From Vulcanimicrobiota bacterium (lineage in GTDB: Bacteria; Vulcanimicrobiota; Xenobia; Xenobiales; JADMJV01): a stretch of DNA of 57,530 bases. The DNA lies in the NCBI GenBank assembly GCA_050250895.1, contig JBFWNU010000003.1, positions 618,852 through 676,381 on the forward strand, in the 5' to 3' direction. Under the pieces are notes generated by a model that was not told where the DNA came from, made no database searches, and saw nothing but the letters and a program-made list of their open reading frames with translations. Below, piece after piece: positions 17,903 to 27,669 of the stretch (its first letter is position 1; each line of letters starts with the position of its first letter). The translations under genes were made by a program, and so were the position numbers.

Positions 17903-19525
17903 ATGAAGATCGCCCCGTTTGCCCCCATCACCCGTCGGGCCGCCCAGCCCGCACCCCCCGAACCGCCCAAGCGCGACCTCGGACCTTGCCATCATTGGTT
18001 GTCCGACCGCGACGAATACCTTCCCACCCCGCGCCCCGAGCCGGGCCAGTGGAAAGCCCTCAAGCACTACGAAGTCGTGGTGGTCGGCGGTGGCATCGGC
18101 GGCCTGAACACGGCCTGGAGGCTGCAAGAGCAGGGCCATCAGGTGGCCGTTTTCGAGCGCACTCGTCACGCTGGCGGCCGGGTGCGCTCCAAAACCATCG
18201 AGAACCAGAAGCCCCTCGATCTGGGCGCCATGCGCTATATCCCCTCGCGCCACCAGCGGGTGCGGCACCTGGTAGAGGATGTATTACAGCTTCCCACCCG
18301 CGACTTCGTGGTCGGCGGCGACAACAACTTGCAGTACTTCCGCGGCCAGCGCCTCACCAACGCCGAGGCGGCCGCCCACCCCGAGAAGCGCCCTTTCCAC
18401 CTGCGTCCCGAGGAACAAGGCAAGTCGGTGGATGAGCTTTTGGCCTTGGCGATCCGCTCGGTGGTTCCCAACTTCGAACACCTCTGCGACGCCGACTGGG
18501 ATCGCGTGCTGACCGAGACCAGGCTGCCTTTCACCGACCCGGCCACCGGCCAGACCAGTGAAGTTCCCCTATCGCAGCTCGGGCTGCGCAACATTCTCTC
18601 CCACAGTCTCTCGCAGGAGGCTCAGACCCTGATCACCGAGTCGGTGGGCTACAACACCTTTCTGGCCAACTGGGACGCCGGTCAAGCCCTCAAAGAACTG
18701 GCCGCCGACTTCCGCCCCGGCACCTCTTACAAGACTCCCATCGCCGGCATGGAGGCGATCCCCCGCGGCCTGCTGGCCAAGTTTCGCGAGGCCGGAGGCG
18801 AGTTTAACAACCTGACCACCCTGCGCGCGGTCGACTACGATCCCGCTCAAGGCTTCTTGCTGCAGTTTAGCAAAGGCGACAAGATCGAACACGTGGTGGC
18901 CGACAAGCTGGTGCTAAATCTGCCCAAGCGTCCCTTGCAAGACCTGCTGGCCAACAGCCCCGACCTGGCCCCGCTGCAAGCTAAGGCCGACAAGGTAACG
19001 GGCAATCCGATGACCCGCATCTTCGCCACTTACCCTCGCGCCTGGTGGAAAGACGAGGGCATTGAGTCGGGTCGTTCGCTGACCGACTTGCCGCTGGGCC
19101 AGGTCTATTACTACGGCGACGAGAGCGACAAACGCCCTTACGTGATGGTCTATTCCGACGGAGCCGACAGCCAGTACTGGGAAGGCCTGCAGAACCCCTC
19201 CGAACCGGGTGTCGAGAAGCGCCTGTGCGTCAAGCCCCAGTTGGCCCAGGAGCTTCAGCGCCAGATGGAAGAGCTACACGGCCGCGACCTGCCTGAGCCT
19301 GACGGCTTTCTTTACAAGCGCTGGGCCAGCGAATACACGGGCGGGGCCTACCACACCTGGAACCCCGGCGGCAAGCCCTGGGAGACCAGCCAGCAGATGC
19401 TCCAACCCCTGGGCGACGCGCCCCTGTTCGTGGTGGGGGAGGCCTACTCGACCACCCAGGGCTGGATCGAAGGAGCCCTGGAGACCTCGGAAGAGGTCCT
19501 CGACAAGCTCGGCTGCAAACCCTAG
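17903..19525 (+). CDS. Flavin-dependent amine / L-amino-acid oxidase family protein
   Basis: VVVVGGGIGG, FE..GGR, DLGAMR, GEAYS..QGWIEGAL; SD AGGAG. Confidence 0.9.
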   Translation: MKIAPFAPITRRAAQPAPPEPPKRDLGPCHHWLSDRDEYLPTPRPEPGQWKALKHYEVVVVGGGIGGLNTAWRLQEQGHQVAVFERTRHAGGRVRSKTIENQKPLDLGAMRYIPSRHQRVRHLVEDVLQLPTRDFVVGGDNNLQYFRGQRLTNAEAAAHPEKRPFHLRPEEQGKSVDELLALAIRSVVPNFEHLCDADWDRVLTETRLPFTDPATGQTSEVPLSQLGLRNILSHSLSQEAQTLITESVGYNTFLANWDAGQALKELAADFRPGTSYKTPIAGMEAIPRGLLAKFREAGGEFNNLTTLRAVDYDPAQGFLLQFSKGDKIEHVVADKLVLNLPKRPLQDLLANSPDLAPLQAKADKVTGNPMTRIFATYPRAWWKDEGIESGRSLTDLPLGQVYYYGDESDKRPYVMVYSDGADSQYWEGLQNPSEPGVEKRLCVKPQLAQELQRQMEELHGRDLPEPDGFLYKRWASEYTGGAYHTWNPGGKPWETSQQMLQPLGDAPLFVVGEAYSTTQGWIEGALETSEEVLDKLGCKP

Positions 19526-20007
19526 GCCAGGTGCTCGCTAACCAGCGCTCGGAAGGCCGCTTCGCTCTCGGCGGTCATAGCGCGCTTCGGAACGATGTGG
19601 AAACGATGGGCGCCGCCGCTGTGCAGGAGAAGGAAGAGGTTTTCGCTCTCCAGGCAACGCTCGTAGGCCGGCCATTTCAGTTTGGCCTCGCCCATTCTGG
19701 TTGCCATCGCGAGGCCTTCGGCGCTCAGCTTGAGATGGACAGGCCCGGCCAGGTGCTCGGGTAGCTTCTTGGGCACGACCCGTGCGATCAGGTTCAAGAC
19801 GAGAAAGAGGATGGGCAAAAGCAAGAGCCCGATGAGAGGACCGAAGTCCAGCCTGCCGGTGATAGCGAATCTCAACAGAAAATAGCCGATCAGCAGGCCA
19901 GCCATCGGCAAAAAGCCGCTGAACCGATGGTAACGGGCGAAAGCCTTGCGCGATTCTCGCAAATCTTGGTGGGTCCATTCGAACTCGAAAGTGAGCGGCT
20001 CGGCCAT
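19522..20007 (-). CDS. YcxB-family membrane protein
   Basis: Two TM helices, then W..Y....ESENLFLL...FHIVPKRA. Confidence 0.8.
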   Translation of the reverse strand: MAEPLTFEFEWTHQDLRESRKAFARYHRFSGFLPMAGLLIGYFLLRFAITGRLDFGPLIGLLLLPILFLVLNLIARVVPKKLPEHLAGPVHLKLSAEGLAMATRMGEAKLKWPAYERCLESENLFLLLHSGGAHRFHIVPKRAMTAESEAAFRALVSEHLA

Positions 20008-20079
20008 TGATCTGTGTTCATCGCCGACCGCCGCTACGCCTGTGGGCGGCGGGCTCTTGCGCGAAGGAGGTCGCTGGGC

Positions 20080-21386
20080 CGGACGGCTGGTGGTGGCCCG
20101 TTGGCGGCGGCGTGTGTCGGGCGTCTTCCGCGCGGAAGTCCGGGCAGATTGGCCAGCGTGTGCCGACAGCCCGGGCTTTGGGCGACCAGGAGCGCCGACC
20201 CCACGCGGCGGCTCGCTTTGGCTAGGGCACGGACGGACCGGGGCTCGGCCGGTGGTGGCCCGCTGGCGGCGGCGTGTGTCGGGCCGTCTTCCGCGCGGAA
20301 GTCAGGGCAGATTGGCCAGCGTGGGCCGACAGCCTGGGCTTTGGTCGACCAGGAGCGCCGACCCCACGCGGCGGCTCGCTTTGGCGAGGGCACGGACGGA
20401 CAGGGGCTCGGCCGGTGGTGGCCCGCTGGCGGCGGCGTGTGTCGGGCCGTCTTCCGCGCGGAAGTCAGGGCAGATTGGCCAGCGTGGGCCGACAGCCCGG
20501 GCCTTGGGCGACCAGCCTCGGGACCTGAGCGCCGACCCCATCCGGCGGCTCGCTCTAGCTACGGCACGCCGGACGGGTGGTGGTGGCCCGCTGGCGGCGT
20601 GCGTCGGGCCGTCTTCCGTGCGGAAGTCAGGGTAGGTTGGACAGCGTGTGCGGACAGCGCGGGCTTGGGCGACCAGCCTCGGGACCTGAGCGCCGACCCC
20701 ATCCGGCGGCTCGCTCTAGCTACGGCACGCCGGACGGGTGGTGGTGGCCCGTTGGCGGCGTGCGTCGGGCCGTCTTCCGGGCGGAAGTCAGGGCAGATTG
20801 GCCAGCGTGTGCCGACAGCGGGGGCTTGGGCGACCAGCCTCGGGAGCTGAGCGCCGACCCCACCCGGCGGCTCGCTTTGGCTACGGCACGCCGGACGGGT
20901 GTGGTGGCCCGCTGGCGGCGGCAAGCTAACGACCGGGCCCGCTGGCGTCGGCGTGTGTCGGGCCGTCTTCCGGGCGGAAGTCCGGGCAGGTCCGCCAGCG
21001 TGGGCCGACAGCCCGGGCCTTGGGCGACCAGCCTCGGGACCTGAGCGCCGACCCCATCCGGCGGCTCGCTCTAGCTACGGCACGCCGGACGGGTGGTGGT
21101 GGCCCGCTGGCGGCGTGCGTCGGGCCGTCTTCCGTGCGGAAGTCAGGGTAGGTTGGACAGCGTGTGCGGACAGCGCGGGCTTGGGCGACCAGCCTCGGGA
21201 CCTGAGCGCCGACCCCATCCGGCGGCTCGCTCTAGCTACGGCACGCCGGACGGGTGGTGGTGGCCCGTTGGCGGCGTGCGTCGGGCCGTCTTCCGGGCGG
21301 AAGTCAGGGCAGATTGGCCAGCGTGTGCCGACAGCGGGGGCTTGGGCGACCAGCCTCGGGAGCTGAGCGCCGACCCCACCCGGCGG
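20080..21386. repeat. Intergenic tandem palindromic repeat array B, 8 units of about 162 bp
   Basis: CTTCCG-NN-CGGAAG cores at 20125, 20288, 20451, 20613, 20774, 20967, 21129 and 21290. Units 3-5 recur as units 6-8 at +516 bp. Confidence 0.95.
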
Positions 21387-21418
21387 TTCGACCAGGTCAA
21401 ATTTAACAAAGGGTTCGC

Positions 21419-21448
21419 TTGTTGTTTGGGCTTGAAAAATGCTAAAAT
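21419..21448 (+). promoter_or_regulatory. Putative sigma70 promoter of the HNH gene
   Basis: AT-rich island with extended -10 TGcTAAAAT (21440-21448) and TTGTTG 18 nt upstream of the hexamer. Confidence 0.5.
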
Positions 21449-21544
21449 AGAGCGTCACCTCGGGCCCGGCTAATCGAACCTGTTTCGACTCACGCTGCGC
21501 GTCGCGCCGACAAGGCTGACCCCCAAACACTACCTGGAGGTCCC

Positions 21545-22615
21545 ATGTCTCTATCTGTCCTTGTCGCCAACCTGCGCCAGCTCGACCCTGACGAACTCCA
21601 CCAACGTAACCAGGCCGCTCGTCTCGAACTGGTCCGTAGCGAGTGGAACATGGCTGCTCATCTGTTGGCCACCGACCGGGCAGGCCTCCATCGCAAGAAG
21701 GGCTACGGTGACGTGATCGCCTATGCCGAGAAATGCCTCGACCTGCCTCGCTACAAAGCCCTCGAATTGCTGCGAGTGGCGCGCTCGTTTGAAGCCATGC
21801 CCGAGATCTCGGAGGCCTTTCGCCAGGGCGAAATCGGTTGGACCAAGACCCGCGAAATCACTCGCGTTGCCACTCCCAAAACAGAGGCAGCCTGGCTCGA
21901 TAGGGCCCGTCAGCACGACTCGAATACGGTGGCTCGCATGGTTGCCGTCTCACCCACCGAGTTCAAGCGCGGCAAGGCGCTCGAGGCAGAACGCCAGGCC
22001 CAGCCTGAACAGGCCGAGGGTGTCCCAGAAGCACCGCCGCAACTCATCAGCGTGACCCTGCGATTTACACCTGAGCAGTATGCCGTGCTCGAGCAGGCCG
22101 TCAGCTTGGCGCGGGCGCGAGCCGGCAAGCGCATCAGCCGCGAGGCCGCTGTGATAGCCCTCTCCCAGGGAACGCTCGCCGCCGCAGACAGCCGCAGTAA
22201 GGTGCGTCACCAGGTCAGCGTCTGGGTGGATCCCGAGAGCGGCCGAGGTTTCTACGATACCGAGCGCGGCCAGCTGCCAGCGCCGAACCGCGTCATCGCA
22301 GAGGCTTTGGCCAACTCGCCGGTGGTGCCCAAGCAGACCAATCCCGACCAGGCCGCGGGGCGCAGAAGCATTCCCATACCCCAGCTGCGAGCCGTATACG
22401 CCCGGGCCCAGGGCCGTTGCGAGAACTGTGGGTGTAAGGGCGGGGCCCTGCAGGTGCATCACTGCCGGGCGGTGTCGCGAGGCGGGCGCAACCGGGCTCG
22501 CGAGCTGAAGTTGCTTTGCCCCGGCTGCCACGCGGTCACTCACGAGGCCGACTTCGCCGAGGACGCGGGCTGGCGGGCGGCACGAAAGCTGGCCAGAGAG
22601 AGGGCCAAGAGATGA
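21545..22615 (+). CDS. HNH endonuclease with DUF222-like N-terminal domain
   Basis: N-terminal GY.DVIAYAEKCL..LLRVARSFEAMPEISEAFRQGEIGWTKTREITRVA; C-terminal RCENCG..LQVHH..SRGG....LLCPGCHAVTH; SD GGAGG. Confidence 0.85.
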   Translation: MSLSVLVANLRQLDPDELHQRNQAARLELVRSEWNMAAHLLATDRAGLHRKKGYGDVIAYAEKCLDLPRYKALELLRVARSFEAMPEISEAFRQGEIGWTKTREITRVATPKTEAAWLDRARQHDSNTVARMVAVSPTEFKRGKALEAERQAQPEQAEGVPEAPPQLISVTLRFTPEQYAVLEQAVSLARARAGKRISREAAVIALSQGTLAAADSRSKVRHQVSVWVDPESGRGFYDTERGQLPAPNRVIAEALANSPVVPKQTNPDQAAGRRSIPIPQLRAVYARAQGRCENCGCKGGALQVHHCRAVSRGGRNRARELKLLCPGCHAVTHEADFAEDAGWRAARKLARERAKR

Positions 22616-24660
22616 CCGCTCAACCCATCGGCTCGGCCAGCCACCAGCCAAAGCCCCGTCGTCGTTGGCTGGCGCTCCCTCTAGCACTCATTGTGCTGGT
22701 GACCAGCGCGGCGGTGGGTTCCATCGGGCTCGATGTGGCCCGCGGCACCAGCTACTCAGCCCGACTAGTGCCGCTGACGGCGCCGCTGCTCGAGCGCTGG
22801 CTCGAGGCAGGCGACCCTCGGCTCTACGCTTATGCCCACAGGACCCTCCGGGAGGCGTCCTACCCCTACTCGACCCGCTGGCTAGAGCATCAACTGGCCC
22901 GGGCGAGCATCGCCGAGGCCCGACCCATTCTGGCCCGGCCGGCTCACTTTGGGCTCGACCGGCCCGATGTCCAGGTGCGGTTGAGTCACTTGGCCATTCG
23001 ACAGCGGAGCCGTCCCTGGGCGTTCCAGCGCGACTTCCTGGAGGGTCTGGCCGCGGGCGAACCCAGCCAGGCCTGGTGGGACTTCATGGTCGCCGAGGCC
23101 AAGAGCTACCCAGACGATCTCTGGTTCTACGTTGCTATGCTCGAAAAACCGGGACTTCCGCCGCGTCTTCAACCACGGGTTCAAGAGTTACGCCGGCTGG
23201 CCAGGCGAGGGGAGGTCGTTCGGTCGAGAGAGCAACTCGAGGCCGGCGCCAAGTCCGCGCTGGAGCGTCTTGAAGACGGGGCATCGGCCGAAGCGATTCG
23301 AGGCTTAGACTCCCAGGCCCGCTGCCAGCTAACTCGCCAGCTGGCCAAAGAGTTCGACCAGCTGCCCGGGGCAAGGGCAGCTCTAGAAATGCTGGCCGAC
23401 GAGGGCAAACAACCGGAGGCTTATCGCGCCGCCGAAGAGTTGCTTTTGCACGGCGATCGCCAGCGCATCGCGCGCTACACCGACCGAGACTTGCAGCTGA
23501 TGGCAAAATCTCTCGAGAACCGCGAATTCCAGGTGCTCTATCTGATCGCCATCGCCGAGGCGTTCCCCGAATCGAGATTCGCCCGGGGCTGCCGCAGCTA
23601 CGGGCAGATCAGGGGCAAGAGCTACTTTCGCAGCTACTGGCCGGTGCTACCCTACGACAGGCAACCAAAAGGGCAAGAAGGTGCCTTTAGGGCCTGGCTT
23701 GAGCAGTATCCCGACCACCCCGGAGCCGACGACGCTCGCTATGTCCTGATTCGCAGCCTCGAGTGGCAAGGCCGTCGCCTGGAGGCGCTACGATTGGCCT
23801 GGTCCCTGCGAGACCAGCCCGGCGGAGATGCCGACATGCTCGGGCCCATCCGCATGCGGTGCCTGTTCTTGGTCGATGCCGGCACCAGCGTGGACGAACT
23901 CGAGGCCTTCGCCGCCGAGGCTCGCCACCCAGCGGTCACCTACGCGTTGGCGGTAAGACTCGCTCGGCGCCACCGCTATACCGAGGCCTTGCAGATGACC
24001 GAGGCTCTGGTCTTCCCAGCCGACTTTATGGTGCGGCCCTGGGGCGAGAAGCACAACCTGGACGAAGATTTGCGTCAACAGCGGCAGCGTTGGCAGATGC
24101 TGGCTAACCTGAGCACCTACGAGCGCGCCCAAGAGTGGGCGCGTGAAGATGGCTGGCGCATCGGCTATCTCAACCTCTATCGCGGGGGACGCGTCTGGAC
24201 CCTGGATATGGTCGGGGTCGACTGGGGCAAGTTGCCCCGGCCCGACCAAGCGCTGTTGCGAGAAGAGTTGCACCGGGCCAACCATCACGCCGTGGCCATC
24301 GAACTGTTCGACCAGTGCCACGGGGCCGAAGCGAGGTTCTCCCCGGTGATGCTGATGGAGTATCAGTTCCACGCCTGCTCGCCGGCTGAGAACGCGGCCC
24401 TTTGGGGCGACCGAGACGGCTTCGCCGCCGAGGCCGAGCGGCGGGCCCGGGCGCTGATCGAGAAATACCCCGACAGCACTCTGTGCGACGACGCGCTGAT
24501 GCTCGTCTACAGCATCAACGACGAAGAGAGATTGCTTGAAGAGGTCGTGTTGAGATATCCCGGCGGCGACCAGGCTCCGGTGGCCCGCCACCTGCTCGGT
24601 GGCGAGACGGAGGAGCCAGAGTGGTTGCCAGGGTTACGGCTCTTCCGCAGGGAAGACTAG
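22612..24660 (+). CDS. Membrane-anchored helical-repeat (TPR-like) protein
   Basis: ATGA overlap with the HNH stop; N-terminal TM; BamD/CpoB-like YPDHPGADDA and YPDSTLCDDA motifs. Confidence 0.7.
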   Translation: MTAQPIGSASHQPKPRRRWLALPLALIVLVTSAAVGSIGLDVARGTSYSARLVPLTAPLLERWLEAGDPRLYAYAHRTLREASYPYSTRWLEHQLARASIAEARPILARPAHFGLDRPDVQVRLSHLAIRQRSRPWAFQRDFLEGLAAGEPSQAWWDFMVAEAKSYPDDLWFYVAMLEKPGLPPRLQPRVQELRRLARRGEVVRSREQLEAGAKSALERLEDGASAEAIRGLDSQARCQLTRQLAKEFDQLPGARAALEMLADEGKQPEAYRAAEELLLHGDRQRIARYTDRDLQLMAKSLENREFQVLYLIAIAEAFPESRFARGCRSYGQIRGKSYFRSYWPVLPYDRQPKGQEGAFRAWLEQYPDHPGADDARYVLIRSLEWQGRRLEALRLAWSLRDQPGGDADMLGPIRMRCLFLVDAGTSVDELEAFAAEARHPAVTYALAVRLARRHRYTEALQMTEALVFPADFMVRPWGEKHNLDEDLRQQRQRWQMLANLSTYERAQEWAREDGWRIGYLNLYRGGRVWTLDMVGVDWGKLPRPDQALLREELHRANHHAVAIELFDQCHGAEARFSPVMLMEYQFHACSPAENAALWGDRDGFAAEAERRARALIEKYPDSTLCDDALMLVYSINDEERLLEEVVLRYPGGDQAPVARHLLGGETEEPEWLPGLRLFRRED

Positions 24661-24716
24661 CTTGAGGTGACAGTGCCGGCGAACTCGACAATGACCAGAT
24701 AGATTACTACATCGAG

Positions 24717-25118
24717 GTGTGGGAGAAGAACTTCCCGCCTGACTGCTGGCCTGTACCCGGCCGTCCCGAGCGGCCGGACTATCGCGGGGGTGCCCGGTCG
24801 GTCCGGCGGAGCCGGGCCGTCATCAGCTACGAGCGCCTCCACCAGAGCGAGGCTGTTCGGTTCTGGCTACCCTCGTTCGTGAATCGCTGGGATGGCGGGC
24901 GTGGCGTGTCGGCGGAATGGCTCGAGGAGTTGCCGGAGATGGACGACCTGATCGACCCCTTCCTCGTCATGGAGCCGACCGGACTGTGGTGCTTTACGGG
25001 CATTCACAGCTGGGAGCCTCACTACCTGTTCACCGTGACAGGCGACTACCGAGGGCCGGTGCCCTGGCAGGACGAGGGGGAGTCGGACTGGTATGGGCCG
25101 CTCAACCGAGGGGATTGA
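24717..25118 (+). CDS. Hypothetical protein
   Basis: Fills the gap before the convergent ectD; Trp-rich; no motif; start uncertain. Confidence 0.4.
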   Translation: MWEKNFPPDCWPVPGRPERPDYRGGARSVRRSRAVISYERLHQSEAVRFWLPSFVNRWDGGRGVSAEWLEELPEMDDLIDPFLVMEPTGLWCFTGIHSWEPHYLFTVTGDYRGPVPWQDEGESDWYGPLNRGD

Positions 25119-25998
25119 CCTGGCGGTGGGCGATGTGGTCGGGGCGGGGTTTTAGGCCGCAGTAGGGGTCGACCAGGGCGTTATCAACGCTGTTGTAGAC
25201 CATGAACACATTGCTGCGGGGTAGGGGAGTGATGTTCGAGTTCGAGCCGTGCATCAGGTTGCACTCGAAGAAGAGCACCGAGCCGGCCGGGCCGGTGGGG
25301 GCGATGATGCCGCCTTCCTCGGCTAGCTGGGTCAGGATTTCGCGGCTGGGCACGCCGATCTCTTGTTTTTTCAAAGACGAGAGGTGGTTGTTCTCGGGGG
25401 TCTTGCCGGCGCAGCGCACGTAGGTGCGGTGCGAGCCGGGGATGACCATGAGGGGTCCGTTGTTGGGGGTGTTCTCGGTCAGGGCCACCGAGCACGAGAT
25501 GGCGCGCATGCGGGGCATGCCGTCCTCCATGTGCCAGGTCTCGAAGTCGGAGTGCCAGTAAAACTCCTTGCCGACAAAGCCCGACTTGTAGTTGATGCGG
25601 GATTGGTGGAGGTAGACCTGGCTGGCCAGCAGATGGGTGACCACATCGAGCAGGCGCCCGTCCTTGGCCAGATTGGCCATGAGATTGCTGAGGGTGTGGA
25701 CGGCGAAGACCGAGCGCACCTCGCCGCTGTTGGGCTCGGCGATCACCTCGTCGCGGCCGCGCATCTCGGGGGAATTGCGCAGGCGGTCGAGTTCGACTCG
25801 CAGGCGTTCGACTTCGGCGGCGTTGAGCAGGCCGGGGAAGAAGAGATAGCCGTCGCGCTCGAACTGGCTGACCTGGGCGGCCGAGAGGGTGCCTCCGGGA
25901 GAGGCCGTCTTCGGGCCCCAGACCACGGGGTCCACGCGTTTGCCGGTGGAAGGGGGGCCTTCCAGGCGGGATTCATAGGGGTCGGTTGCAGTTAGCAT
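25102..25998 (-). CDS. ectD: Ectoine hydroxylase
   Basis: EctD signature FYWHSDFETWHMEDGMP; MHGSNSNITP.PRSN. Confidence 0.97.
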   Translation of the reverse strand: MLTATDPYESRLEGPPSTGKRVDPVVWGPKTASPGGTLSAAQVSQFERDGYLFFPGLLNAAEVERLRVELDRLRNSPEMRGRDEVIAEPNSGEVRSVFAVHTLSNLMANLAKDGRLLDVVTHLLASQVYLHQSRINYKSGFVGKEFYWHSDFETWHMEDGMPRMRAISCSVALTENTPNNGPLMVIPGSHRTYVRCAGKTPENNHLSSLKKQEIGVPSREILTQLAEEGGIIAPTGPAGSVLFFECNLMHGSNSNITPLPRSNVFMVYNSVDNALVDPYCGLKPRPDHIAHRQVNPLG

Positions 25999-26007
25999 GG
26001 TTCCTCC

Positions 26008-26397
26008 TCAGGTAGTCTCTAGCAGGGGGTAGGCGCCGTCGGCGTCGTGGGTCTCGAGGCCGGTCAGGGGCGGGTTGAAGACGCACACCATGCGCAGTTG
26101 GGTGCGAGCCCGCAGGCGATGACGCTGGTGATTGTCGAGGGCGTAGACCGTGCCCGGCGAGATCGGATAGACGCGGCCGGTGGCCAGGTCTTCGACCTCG
26201 CCCTCGCCCTCGATGCAGTAGACTGCCTCGAGGTGGTTGCGATAGCACATCTCGGTCTCGGTGCCGGCATGGATCAGGGTGTCGTGGAGCGAAAAGCCCA
26301 TTCCGTCGTGCTTGAGCAGCAGGCGACGGCTGGTCCAGTTTTCGGCTTTGACCTCGCGGTCGGTGTTGTGGGTCTCTTGTAGAGTAAAGACGCGCAT
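26008..26397 (-). CDS. ectC: L-ectoine synthase
   Basis: [46 protein letters not shown]. Confidence 0.97.
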   Translation of the reverse strand: MRVFTLQETHNTDREVKAENWTSRRLLLKHDGMGFSLHDTLIHAGTETEMCYRNHLEAVYCIEGEGEVEDLATGRVYPISPGTVYALDNHQRHRLRARTQLRMVCVFNPPLTGLETHDADGAYPLLETT

Positions 26398-26406
26398 GGT
26401 TTTCTC

Positions 26407-27669
26407 CTAGACTAGTGCAGGTTGGCGCACGGCCGCGGTCAGGCTATCCTCGACGATGTCGAGGCCACGGTCCAGGCTGGCCTCGTCGATAGTCAACGGA
26501 GGCAAGAACTTGAGCACCTGGTCTTCGGGGCCGGCCGTTTCGGTGATCAGGCCAGCCTCGAAGTTGCGTCGCGAAAGCTCTTTGGCCAGGCCTTCGACCG
26601 GGGTGGCAAAGCCCATGATAAGCCCCCGGCCACGCACCTTGGCTCGCGCTTCGGGAAAGCGGGCGGCCAGGCCTTCGAGCCGTTGGCGCAGACGGGCCGA
26701 GCGCATGGTGACCTGGCGGGCCAGGTTTTCGTCTTGCCAGAAGTCGAGAGCGGCCGTGGCGGTGACGAAGGCCAGGTTGTTGCCGCGGAAGGTTCCGTTG
26801 TGCTCGCCGGGTTTCCAGCAGTCGTGCTCGGGCTTGATGAGCACCAGGGCCATGGGCAGGCCGTAGCCGCTGATGGCTTTGGAGAGGCAGACGATGTCAG
26901 GCTTGATGCCCGCGTCTTCGAAGGAGAAGAAGGTTCCGGTGCGGCCGCAGCCCACCTGGATGTCATCGACCACCAGCAGGATGCCGTGTTGTTTGGCCAG
27001 GCTGGCCAGCCGGCGCAGCCACGGGAAGGAGGCCACGTTGACTCCGCCTTCGGCCTGCACCGTCTCGAGGATGATGGCGGCCGGTAGGTCCAAACCGCTG
27101 CCCAGGTTGTCGAGATAGCTCTCGAGATAGTCCAGAGTGTCGACTCCGTCGCCGAAGTAGCCGCCGAACGGCATGGGCACGGCGTAGTGGAGGGGAACAC
27201 CCGCACCGTTGCGTTTGAACGAGTTGCCGGTGACCGACAGTGAACCCAGCGTCATGCCGTGGAAAGAGTTGGTGAAGCAGACCACGCTGTGACGACCGGT
27301 GACTTTGCGGGCCAGCTTGAGTGCCGCTTCCACCGCGTTGGTGCCGGTGGGTCCGGGGAACTGGACTTTATAGTTGAGTCCGCGCGGTTGGAGGATGGTG
27401 CGGTCGAACTTCTCCAGAAACTCGCCTTTGGCGGCCGTAGCCATGTCCAGGCCGTGGGAGATGCCAGCGTTGTTGAGATAATCGATCAAAGCTCCTCGTA
27501 GGCGGGGATGGTTGTGGCCGTAGTTGAGCACCCCGGCGCCAGCGAAAAAGTCGAGATAGCGGCGGCCCTCTTCGTCGAAGAGGTGCGAGCCTTCGGCGCG
27601 GGTGAATACGGTGGGAAAAGTCCGGCAGTAAGAACGGACTTCCGATTCGTGCTTATTGAATACTTCCAT
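26407..27669 (-). CDS. ectB: Diaminobutyrate--2-oxoglutarate transaminase
   Basis: ESEVRSYCR, DFFAGAG.LNYGHN, GPTGTNAVE, DDIQVGCGRTG, SKAISG. ATG 27669 overlaps the ectA stop (TAATG). Confidence 0.97.
   Translation of the reverse strand: MEVFNKHESEVRSYCRTFPTVFTRAEGSHLFDEEGRRYLDFFAGAGVLNYGHNHPRLRGALIDYLNNAGISHGLDMATAAKGEFLEKFDRTILQPRGLNYKVQFPGPTGTNAVEAALKLARKVTGRHSVVCFTNSFHGMTLGSLSVTGNSFKRNGAGVPLHYAVPMPFGGYFGDGVDTLDYLESYLDNLGSGLDLPAAIILETVQAEGGVNVASFPWLRRLASLAKQHGILLVVDDIQVGCGRTGTFFSFEDAGIKPDIVCLSKAISGYGLPMALVLIKPEHDCWKPGEHNGTFRGNNLAFVTATAALDFWQDENLARQVTMRSARLRQRLEGLAARFPEARAKVRGRGLIMGFATPVEGLAKELSRRNFEAGLITETAGPEDQVLKFLPPLTIDEASLDRGLDIVEDSLTAAVRQPALV

Noticed and set aside
20080-21386. CRISPR or TIGR-type array
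   Set aside because: Units are about 162 bp and similar along their whole length. There are no unique spacers and no cas genes.
19946-21530. Many overlapping ORFs across array B
   Set aside because: Most unit lengths (161, 163, 193) break frame, so these are repeat-derived shadow ORFs.
21545-22615. IscB/Cas9-like or IS-encoded nuclease
   Set aside because: No PLMP or RuvC motifs, no transposase, and no terminal inverted repeats or target duplication seen.
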